Source: Bacteroidales bacterium (lineage in GTDB: Bacteria; Bacteroidota; Bacteroidia; Bacteroidales; UBA932). From it: a stretch of DNA of 64,000 nt. The DNA lies in contig JAFYEM010000023.1 in NCBI GenBank assembly GCA_017544265.1, positions 188-64,187 of the forward strand, given 5' to 3'. The notes under the pieces were generated by a model. It was not told the DNA's origin and searched no databases. It saw only the letters and a program-made list of their open reading frames with translations. The translations under genes were made by a program, and so were the position numbers. How positions within the stretch are numbered: the first letter of the stretch is position 1; each line of letters opens with the position of its first letter. Positions 31,313-39,230 of this stretch are shown here, in pieces.

Positions 31313-31916
31313 ACACATTGATAATGTCATTGATGAACCTCCTTACTGTTTGTCTGGACACCTTTAATTTTCGCGCTGCTTCGGAAATCGTCACGCCCGC
31401 CTCTATCATTTCTTTCAATTGCTGCCTTTTTGAGTAGAGCTTGTAGCACCGAGGAGATGATTTATGACCGGCGGGGCGTCCTAGTATAACGCCTTCCGCA
31501 CGCTTGCGTTGAAGTGCTTCTTTTGTTCTTTGGCTGATCAGATTTCGCTCTATTTCTGCAGACAACCCGAATGCAAAGGCAAGAACCTTGCTTTGGATAT
31601 CGTCGCCAAGACGATAGCCATCCTTTATAGTCCAAACCTTACAACCGCGTGACATACAGAAACTTAATACCTCCATAATCATAAAAAGGCTTCGTCCCAA
31701 TCGCGAAAGTTCTGTGCAAATCATAATGTCTCCTCTATGCAATTGCTGCAGAAGTCTTCCAAGACGGCGTTGCTTGTAGTTTTTTAGTCCACTGGTTGTT
31801 TCTTCAATCCAGAAATCGATTCTCAAGCCATTTGAAATACAGAATTGATTTATCTCAAATCTTTGATTATCAAGGGTCTGTTTATCGCTGCTGACCCGCA
31901 TGTAGCCATAAATCAT
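31311..31916 (-). CDS. mpi: Serine recombinase, Mpi-like DNA invertase
   Basis: MIYGYMRVSSDKQ (catalytic Ser), ELSRLGRS, YRLGDDIQSKVLAFAFGLSAEIERNLISQRTKEAL, LGRP and a C-terminal HTH. Closely matches my recollection of Bacteroides fragilis Mpi. Confidence 0.9.
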   Translation of the reverse strand: MIYGYMRVSSDKQTLDNQRFEINQFCISNGLRIDFWIEETTSGLKNYKQRRLGRLLQQLHRGDIMICTELSRLGRSLFMIMEVLSFCMSRGCKVWTIKDGYRLGDDIQSKVLAFAFGLSAEIERNLISQRTKEALQRKRAEGVILGRPAGHKSSPRCYKLYSKRQQLKEMIEAGVTISEAARKLKVSRQTVRRFINDIINV

Positions 31917-32070
31917 AGCAAGTTTGGTTTAAAAGTTTTAAGTTAAGATATGTTATTAAATAAGGGAAATAACTGTCGATTTGAAAGTGAAATTTAGGGA
32001 ATTTTATCTGTTTTTTTAGAAAAATACGGCTAATTCTCGCATTCAGACGCAATTAGGGCTGAAATTACAA

Positions 32071-32102
32071 TTTGTAATTCTAATTTTTTTTTTCCAACTT
32101 TG
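32071..32102 (+). promoter_or_regulatory. Bacteroidetes sigma-A-type promoter inside the invertible segment, currently facing the right susC
   Basis: TTTG at 32071-32074, a 20-nt spacer, then CAACTTTG at 32095-32102 (one mismatch to TAnnTTTG). Ends 13 nt before the right crossover site. Confidence 0.7.
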
Positions 32103-32115
32103 CGCGTAAATCCGG

Positions 32116-32141
32116 TTTGAAAAAACGGACGTTTGATCCGA
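32116..32141 (+). promoter_or_regulatory. Right serine-invertase crossover site (hix/gix/Mpi-like)
   Basis: tttgaaaaaacg-GA-cgtttgatccga, central GA at 32128-32129. Its reverse complement contains AAACGTCCGT. Confidence 0.82.
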
Positions 32142-32183
32142 CCGGGTTGTGTAGTGTATTTATTATTAACTAATCGTTTTGTT

Positions 32184-35100
32184 ATGACAAGAAAACTACT
32201 GCTTGTTCTGACCTGTACGATAATGGGGATGGGCATTGCCCTCGCACAGTCCCGCGTGAGCGGTACCGTTGTGTCCTCAGAAGACGGTGAACCGGTTGCC
32301 GGTGCCATCGTTACCGTGCAGGGAACAGACCTGAAAGGAACTGTCACGGACGCTGAAGGACGCTTCTCCATCGACAAGGTCGCGTCCGGTGCCACCCTCC
32401 AGATTTCTTTCATCGGTATGAAAACGAAAGAAGTTGCAGCGGGAGCCAATCTGGATATTGTGCTCGAGCCCGATAGCAAACTTCTGAAGGAAGTCGTCAT
32501 CACGGCCTACGGTACCTCCACAAAGGGAACGTTCACAGGCTCCGTGAGTTCGATGGATGCCGAGACCATTGAAAAACGTCAGGTCTCCAATGTCACCAAC
32601 GCCCTCTCCGGTACTATGGCCGGTGTCCAGGTACTCAATTCCAACGGACAGCCGGGCGTAGGTTCCACAGTCCGCATCCGCGGTGTGGGTTCCATCAACG
32701 CCGGTTCCGCCCCTCTGTACATCGTGGACGGTATGCCTTTCGACGGTGACATTTCCTCAATCAATTCGCAGGACATCGAGTCCATTACGGTTGCAAAGGA
32801 TGCTGCCACCACCTCTCTCTACGGTGCGCGCGGTGCCAACGGTATCGTCATCATCCAGACCAAGAAAGGTAAGGCCGGAAGGGCTGTCGTGAATATCGAC
32901 GCCCGCGTCGGTGTGAACAGCCGTGCAATCAAGAACTACGACGTCCTCTCCTCGCCGGACGAGTACACCGAGCTCGCTTACAAGGCAATCTACAACCAGC
33001 TGCTTGCGACCTACGACCCTGCGACCGCGCAGGCTTATGCCAATGGTCCCATCTACGGCGGTATTGCTTCCAGCAGCGATATCGGCATCACAGGTATTTC
33101 CGCAGGTTACGGTTATCCTATTTACACCGTTCCCCAGGGTCAGTATCTGATTGGTACCGACGGTCGCCTGAATCCCCACGCGACCCTCGGCTACAGCGAC
33201 GGAACGTACTATTACACTCCCGACGACTGGGCCAAGTACACCTTCAAGGATCAGATCCGCCAGGAATACAACGCCAGCGTCTCCGCGGGCGGCGACCGCT
33301 ACAGCATCTACGCTTCCGCGGGCTACCTGGACGACAAGGGTGTCATCCGCAATTCCGGGTTCAACCGTACCAGCGCCCGTTTGAAAGCTGACTATAAGGT
33401 AAAGGACTGGCTCAAGATCGGCGGTAACGTCGCTTATTCATTCTCATACAGCCAGTATCCGGACGAGCAGACCAATACCACCTCTTCCGGCAACGCCTTC
33501 TTTGTCGCGAACTTCATCGCTCCCGTCTATCCGATTTTCGTGCGCGACACCAAAGGCAATATCGTTACCTCCAACGGCCGTCAGGTCTATGACTATGGTG
33601 ACGGCGTTTCCGCCGGAAACTCCCGTGCCTTCATGTCCATCGCGAACCCTGCCGGTGACCTTATATATAATAAGGAAGAATACTGCATGGATATCTTCTC
33701 GCTGGGCGCCTTCGTCGAGTTGAAACCCTTCAAGGGCTTCACCCTCACCGGGAACTTCGGCATGGACCTGGATTTCACCCGCTACAACAACCTCGGCAAC
33801 GCATATTTCGGACAGAGTGCGAGCTACGGCGGTACTGCCTACCAGGCATCCTCCCGTACCCGCGGATTCGACTATCAGGTCATAGCCAACTACGAGGTCG
33901 CCATCAAGGCTCTCCACAAACTGGACTTCACCCTCGGTATCGACAACTACGAGTACAAGTATGCGACCATCAGCGCACAGGGGCAGAACCTGTACAATCC
34001 CGAGTCCTTCTATGTCTCGAACTCCATCGACCAGAAGAACGGCTACGGCAGCGCCACCACATACAAGACCTTCGGCGCCTTCTTCAGGGCCAACTACAGC
34101 TATGCTGACAAATATCTCGTGAGTCTTGGTTTCCGCGAGGACGGTTCTTCCCGCTTCGCTCCCAAGAAGCGCTGGGGTTCCTTCCTTTCCGGTTCCGCGG
34201 CATGGGTAATCTCCTCCGAGGGCTTCATGGACGGCGTGGACTGGGTCAACCTCCTGAAACTCAAGGCTTCCTACGGACAGCAGGGTAATGACGACATCGG
34301 CAACTACTACGCCTACCTGGACCAGTATTCAGTTTCCGGTGCCAACGGCCTCTTCTCCGACAGCGTTCTTGCCTACAAGGGTAATCCCGACCTGACCTGG
34401 GAAAAATCCATTTCCTACAACATCGGTCTCGACTTCTCTCTCTTCGACGACCGTCTGAGCGGTTCCATCGAATACTTCGGCCGTCAGTCCAACGACATGC
34501 TTTACTACAAGCCCACTCCTCTGGTGAGCGGTTACTCATCCATCCCCATGAACGTCGGTTCCATGAAGAACTACGGCGTAGAGCTCGAACTCAAGGGAGA
34601 CATGGTCCGCACCCAGGACATCGTCTGGTCTGCGTATCTGAACCTCACCAACGTCAACAACAAGATCGTCAAGCTCCACGAGGACCTCGGCGGCAAGTGG
34701 ATCAACGGCGCCTTCATCTATGAAGAGGGCCAGTCCCGCTACCGTATGTACATAGTCGAATGGGCTGGCGTCGACAAGGAGACAGGTGCACCTCTCTTCT
34801 ACACGGTCAAGGATGGCGAGAGGGTGACCACCACCAACTACCAGAATGCATCCGAGAACGGCCTTATAGCGACCGACAACCTGATGCCCAAGGTCTATGG
34901 CGGTTTCGGTACCTCTCTCCAGGCTTTCGGCTTCGACCTCTCCGTATCGCTTTCCTACCAGCTTGGCGGAAAGATCTACGACAGCGGTTATGCCCGCCTG
35001 ATGCACAGCGGTTACAAATCCTACATGGGTAACAACTGGCACAAGGATATCCGCAAGGCATGGACTCCCGAGAACACCGACACGGATGTTCCCCGTCTGA

Positions 35101-35375
35101 ATGCTGCCGACCAGTATTCAAACTACACTTCCACAAGGTTCCTGACCAGCTCCAACTATCTCTCGCTGGACAACATCACCTTCGGTTACTCCCTTCCCCA
35201 GAAGTGGCTGTCAAAGGCGCACATCTCCAAGATCCGTATCTATGCGACCGCGGACAATGTCGCCCTTCTCTCCGCCCGCAAGGGCCTCGACCCCCGTCAG
35301 AGCTTCACCTCTGCGACTACGGCTCTCTATACGCCGATCCGTACCATCTCCGGTGGTCTTAACATAACCTTCTAA
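32184..35375 (+). CDS. SusC/RagA family TonB-dependent transporter (right cassette)
   Basis: Real start MTRKLL at 32184. Same motifs as the left susC (LKEVVITAYG, NPDLTWEK, SGGLNITF), with long identical peptide stretches. Confidence 0.96.
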   Translation: MTRKLLLVLTCTIMGMGIALAQSRVSGTVVSSEDGEPVAGAIVTVQGTDLKGTVTDAEGRFSIDKVASGATLQISFIGMKTKEVAAGANLDIVLEPDSKLLKEVVITAYGTSTKGTFTGSVSSMDAETIEKRQVSNVTNALSGTMAGVQVLNSNGQPGVGSTVRIRGVGSINAGSAPLYIVDGMPFDGDISSINSQDIESITVAKDAATTSLYGARGANGIVIIQTKKGKAGRAVVNIDARVGVNSRAIKNYDVLSSPDEYTELAYKAIYNQLLATYDPATAQAYANGPIYGGIASSSDIGITGISAGYGYPIYTVPQGQYLIGTDGRLNPHATLGYSDGTYYYTPDDWAKYTFKDQIRQEYNASVSAGGDRYSIYASAGYLDDKGVIRNSGFNRTSARLKADYKVKDWLKIGGNVAYSFSYSQYPDEQTNTTSSGNAFFVANFIAPVYPIFVRDTKGNIVTSNGRQVYDYGDGVSAGNSRAFMSIANPAGDLIYNKEEYCMDIFSLGAFVELKPFKGFTLTGNFGMDLDFTRYNNLGNAYFGQSASYGGTAYQASSRTRGFDYQVIANYEVAIKALHKLDFTLGIDNYEYKYATISAQGQNLYNPESFYVSNSIDQKNGYGSATTYKTFGAFFRANYSYADKYLVSLGFREDGSSRFAPKKRWGSFLSGSAAWVISSEGFMDGVDWVNLLKLKASYGQQGNDDIGNYYAYLDQYSVSGANGLFSDSVLAYKGNPDLTWEKSISYNIGLDFSLFDDRLSGSIEYFGRQSNDMLYYKPTPLVSGYSSIPMNVGSMKNYGVELELKGDMVRTQDIVWSAYLNLTNVNNKIVKLHEDLGGKWINGAFIYEEGQSRYRMYIVEWAGVDKETGAPLFYTVKDGERVTTTNYQNASENGLIATDNLMPKVYGGFGTSLQAFGFDLSVSLSYQLGGKIYDSGYARLMHSGYKSYMGNNWHKDIRKAWTPENTDTDVPRLNAADQYSNYTSTRFLTSSNYLSLDNITFGYSLPQKWLSKAHISKIRIYATADNVALLSARKGLDPRQSFTSATTALYTPIRTISGGLNITF

Positions 35376-35388
35376 TATGCAGCGCGAT

Positions 35389-37008
35389 ATGAAAACAAGA
35401 TTTATCACAGTTTCCATTCTTGCCGGAGCTCTCTGCCTCTGGAGCTGCTCTGACATGCTTGAGACCGAGCCCAATGGCTCGACCATCACTGCTTCGCAGA
35501 AAGAGAAGACACTTAAGAATGACCCTTCCAAGTCATCTGCAGGCGTCAACTCCCTCTACGCACAGTTCAATGAGGTCTTCGGTGTCGTTTCGGGCGACCG
35601 CCACAACGATATCGGTTTCCCTGCGAACATAATTTTCATGGACGCCAACGGCGAGGACCTCGTTTCCGCCGGTAACGGATACAACTGGTTCAACTCCTCG
35701 GTGGATTTCTCTTCGAGAGACTATCAGGACGAAGCCGCAATCCTTGTCTGGTCCAACCTTTACAAGATAATCGCCAACTGCAACAACATCCTTGCCGTTG
35801 CAGACCGCGAAACCTCGAATCCCGATGCCCTTTCCGCTAACGGACAGGCTCTCGCCCTCCGTGCATTCGCGTACTGGGAACTGGCCCAGTTGTATGCCTT
35901 CCACATCAAGGGACATGAGACTGACGCCTGCGTTCCGCTCGTGCTTGAGTCCAATAAGGACGAACTTGCCCTTATGGGTATCGAAAGGAGCACCGTCGCC
36001 AAAGTCTATGAGCAGATTACTGAAGACATCGACGAAGCCATCGTGGCCCTGGATAAGGCTGCTGCCGAAAAGGTAAAGCGTGGTGACAAACGTTATATCA
36101 ACAACACAGTCGCCTACGGTCTCCGTGCTCGTATCAACCTTACGTTGGAGAACTGGTCTGCTGCCGCGTCCGATGCCGCCAAGGCAATCGAACTTGCCGA
36201 AGCTGAAGGTATCAGGCCTTATTCCATCAAGGAACTTGCCGATCCGTCAAGCTTCATCCTCATGGATTCAAGTGAGCCTTCTTACGTCTGGGCTGACATA
36301 ATCGCCGAAACCGACGACGTGGTCGAGACCGGTATCTGCAACTTCTCCTCCCACATGGGTTCCATGAACTATGGCTACGCCTCCTACGCCGAGGGTCGTG
36401 CAATCAGCAAGAAACTGTTTGCCACTATCGCCGACAACGACGTCCGCAAGGGCTGGTGGCTGGATGAGAGCGGTCTTTCCGCCAATATCTCCGCCGAGGC
36501 CAACGCCTACATGGCAGACAACTATTCCAACCTTGCCCGCCTCCAGGTCAAGTACGGCCCCTACAAGGGTGAACTCGGTACTTCCACCAATGCCTGCGAC
36601 GTCCCGCTCATGCGCGTGGAGGAACTCTATCTCATCAAGGCGGAAGCTCTTGGCCGCGACAACACCTCCGCAGGTGTTAGTGCTCTCAATGATTTCGTTT
36701 CCACCTACCGTCAGCCGGGTTACTCCTTCGCTGCTTCCAGCGCCGACGCTTTTGTCGACGAGGTTTTCCGCCAGAGGAGAATCGAACTCTGGGGAGAGGG
36801 CCTGAACTGGTTTGATATTATGCGTCTGAACAAGGGTATCGACCGCCGCGGCTGCGGATTCGAAGCTACCGCTGTATTCAATATTCCCGCCGGGGCCCAG
36901 ATTCTGCTCTGGAGAATTCCCAAGGCTGAAATTGAATCCAACCCGAAGATCTCCGAATCCGACAACAACCCTTCGGCTGATAAACCGGAACCTGTCAAGG
37001 ATATTTAA
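35389..37008 (+). CDS. SusD/RagB family lipoprotein (right cassette)
   Basis: Start MKTRFI at 35389 (or 35377). Lipobox LWSC-SDMLETEP, GQALALRAFAYWELAQLY, RVEELYLIKAEA, QRRIELWGEGLNWFDIMR. Confidence 0.93.
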   Translation: MKTRFITVSILAGALCLWSCSDMLETEPNGSTITASQKEKTLKNDPSKSSAGVNSLYAQFNEVFGVVSGDRHNDIGFPANIIFMDANGEDLVSAGNGYNWFNSSVDFSSRDYQDEAAILVWSNLYKIIANCNNILAVADRETSNPDALSANGQALALRAFAYWELAQLYAFHIKGHETDACVPLVLESNKDELALMGIERSTVAKVYEQITEDIDEAIVALDKAAAEKVKRGDKRYINNTVAYGLRARINLTLENWSAAASDAAKAIELAEAEGIRPYSIKELADPSSFILMDSSEPSYVWADIIAETDDVVETGICNFSSHMGSMNYGYASYAEGRAISKKLFATIADNDVRKGWWLDESGLSANISAEANAYMADNYSNLARLQVKYGPYKGELGTSTNACDVPLMRVEELYLIKAEALGRDNTSAGVSALNDFVSTYRQPGYSFAASSADAFVDEVFRQRRIELWGEGLNWFDIMRLNKGIDRRGCGFEATAVFNIPAGAQILLWRIPKAEIESNPKISESDNNPSADKPEPVKDI

Positions 37009-37027
37009 TCATTAACGGGCTAAGATT

Positions 37028-39211
37028 ATGAAAACATTCAAATATTTAGTTTATACCCTTGCCGCGGCCTTGACCGTCGCGTCCTGCGCCAAGGAAAAGG
37101 AGAACGAGTACCAGGCTGTTCCGGCCCCGAAAGGGGACGAGGTTATTTTCGCTCCCATCTCCGAACTTGAGAACTTCGACAAGGTTACGGGTGTCGTCAG
37201 CCTTACCGGCAATGAAGACGGCTACTTCAATGTCTTTCTCAAGAGAGAGAAGGCGGAGAAGATGTCCCTTGTGCAGGTCGAGTCCTCCGCAGATGAAATC
37301 TTTACCGTGCCCTCTTCCGCCATCTTCGAGAAAGGCGAGAAACAGACTGCAATAAAGATTGAATTCGACCCCGAGGAAATCGAGTCTCAGAAAGCCTACG
37401 ACTTCACCCTCACCATCAGCGGAGCACCTGTCTCCAAATATGCTGTCTCCACTATCAACTTCCAGGCCGGCGACGTCCTTCCCCTGGAATGGCACAAGTG
37501 GAAGAAGGGTCACATGACGGAAGGTTTCTGGGGTGAAGAAGAGGATGAGGATATGTACTATGCGGTTGTGGACGCCGACAAGGATTCCAAAGAACTTTTT
37601 GCAAGTTTTGCCGGTGAAAGCGATCCTATCACAGCTTTCCAGAAGGAATGGAAACCTGGCGACAACAGTTATCTCGACCTCTACTGCTATATTGAGAACT
37701 GCTTCGACACTATGGGCGATGCCGATCCCACGAATTACTATTTTACCTGGCATCTGAAAGACAACTCCATTTCTATTGCGCCGCAGTACATGGGTTGGAC
37801 TAATTCTTCTGGAGTTCCTGTCTATTTCCTCGATGCGGCTCATTATCCTATGACTGCGGCAGGATGGGATGAAGCTCGGGCTATAGCCTGGGCAAAGAGC
37901 AACGGCTTAGCTCTTCCTTATTATGATGGAAACGGCGGATTCTATCTCGCAGACTGGTACATGACAAATATCGCCACCGGCAACGGTTATCAATTTGGTG
38001 GCAATCCCGATGTCTTCATTGCCGAAGGCTTCGTCCGCACCGTGGATTACAACCCTTCCAAAGAGGTCTATTCTTACAAAGACTTCATGTCCGGTTCCGT
38101 TGAATCCATCGGCCTTGGCCGCAGCTGGGAAGATCAACCGCTTCAGATTAATGAATATGCTGCTTCGAGCGATGACAAGGCCCTCTACTATCTTCCCGAC
38201 TACTTCGGTGAGGACCTGGGCCTTGCTTTCACCGGACCCCTGCAGGGCAACCTCAAGGACGGTCTTCCTATCCAGGGCGTAGCCAACGAGCAGCCCACCG
38301 GCATGGAGTATGGCGGAAAGCCCCTCTTTGCTGTGGTTACCGGCGGCAAGATCACCGTTGAAGACGGTAATTACGTATTCACCATCAAAGTCCAGTACGA
38401 GACCATGGCCCCGAGCGAGGACGATCCCGAAAAGCTTGTTGTCTTTGGCACCCTTCCCGAGGTCGAGGAAATCTTCACTTCCAGCTATGTCGCCGAGTAC
38501 TATTCGGACTACCAGATTGAGCCTGTAAAGAGCAAGAGGGATTTGTTCGGTGTTTACAAAGCAACAGCTACTTCTTTCTTAAACGGTCCTCTCGATCTTG
38601 AACTTACCATCACTGAAGGTTACTGGAACGAAGACCGTACCGAGCAGTATGTAAATATCTCCGGCCTTACCGGGGGCAATCTTCCGATTGACGATACCGT
38701 TTACGCTCTTTATGAGGACGGATTTATTGTACTTGAGGCCCAGACCTTCTTCGGCCCGTATATGGCTGGTGCTTACTACTGCCTGGTGGATCCTCTGGCA
38801 TCTGCTGATTTGGCGACAAGTACCAACCTTATCGGCGGTATCTACACCGACCCTGACACCAAGGCCCAGAAGCTGGTCTTTGTGGGCGACGGCTCCTTTA
38901 CCGATGGTTTCTATTTCTACCCGTATTCTCCATCTTCCGGTCCTGCAGGGACTTTCGACTTCGTGTTTGATGTCTTTGCGGACTATACCGGTCACGAAGT
39001 TATCGAGGAGGAGGTTGATGAGCCCGCTGCGGCTCCCGCCAAGCTCTCCCTTCCCAAGAACAGCAAGCCTGCCGTTTCTTTCGACGGCAATATGCTCCGC
39101 AATCTTGGAAAGAAGAGCCACAAGGCCGTCCCTTCCCGTTCCTTCGCGCTTACTTTCCCTGAAAGAGGTTCAAGGAATCTGGAACCTAAATCTTTTGTAA
39201 GTATCCGTTAA
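37028..39211 (+). CDS. Surface lipoprotein of right cassette (unknown function)
   Basis: Lipobox VASC-AKEKENE, acidic, with an N-terminal Ig-like region similar in layout to 24315..26390. Confidence 0.72.
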   Translation: MKTFKYLVYTLAAALTVASCAKEKENEYQAVPAPKGDEVIFAPISELENFDKVTGVVSLTGNEDGYFNVFLKREKAEKMSLVQVESSADEIFTVPSSAIFEKGEKQTAIKIEFDPEEIESQKAYDFTLTISGAPVSKYAVSTINFQAGDVLPLEWHKWKKGHMTEGFWGEEEDEDMYYAVVDADKDSKELFASFAGESDPITAFQKEWKPGDNSYLDLYCYIENCFDTMGDADPTNYYFTWHLKDNSISIAPQYMGWTNSSGVPVYFLDAAHYPMTAAGWDEARAIAWAKSNGLALPYYDGNGGFYLADWYMTNIATGNGYQFGGNPDVFIAEGFVRTVDYNPSKEVYSYKDFMSGSVESIGLGRSWEDQPLQINEYAASSDDKALYYLPDYFGEDLGLAFTGPLQGNLKDGLPIQGVANEQPTGMEYGGKPLFAVVTGGKITVEDGNYVFTIKVQYETMAPSEDDPEKLVVFGTLPEVEEIFTSSYVAEYYSDYQIEPVKSKRDLFGVYKATATSFLNGPLDLELTITEGYWNEDRTEQYVNISGLTGGNLPIDDTVYALYEDGFIVLEAQTFFGPYMAGAYYCLVDPLASADLATSTNLIGGIYTDPDTKAQKLVFVGDGSFTDGFYFYPYSPSSGPAGTFDFVFDVFADYTGHEVIEEEVDEPAAAPAKLSLPKNSKPAVSFDGNMLRNLGKKSHKAVPSRSFALTFPERGSRNLEPKSFVSIR

Positions 39212-39230
39212 ACCCTGAATCTTCCAAGTT

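Larger units (their letters stand above)
31299..32129. mobile_element. Putative invertible DNA segment (831 bp) carrying the invertase gene and an outward-facing promoter
   Basis: Bounded by inversely oriented sites sharing aaaacggacgttt. Contains a serine recombinase ORF and a promoter. AT-rich relative to the flanks. Confidence 0.8.

Noticed and set aside
31919-31926. AAACTTTG as the -7 box of the invertase promoter
   Set aside because: Only 2 nt from the ATG, so the start site would fall inside the start codon, and it mismatches the TA. The mpi promoter position is left unresolved.
28038-35375. Shufflon-type exchange of susC coding segments
   Set aside because: The crossover-like sites lie in the 5'UTRs, no repeated recombination sites were seen within the susC/susD genes, and no tyrosine recombinase is present.
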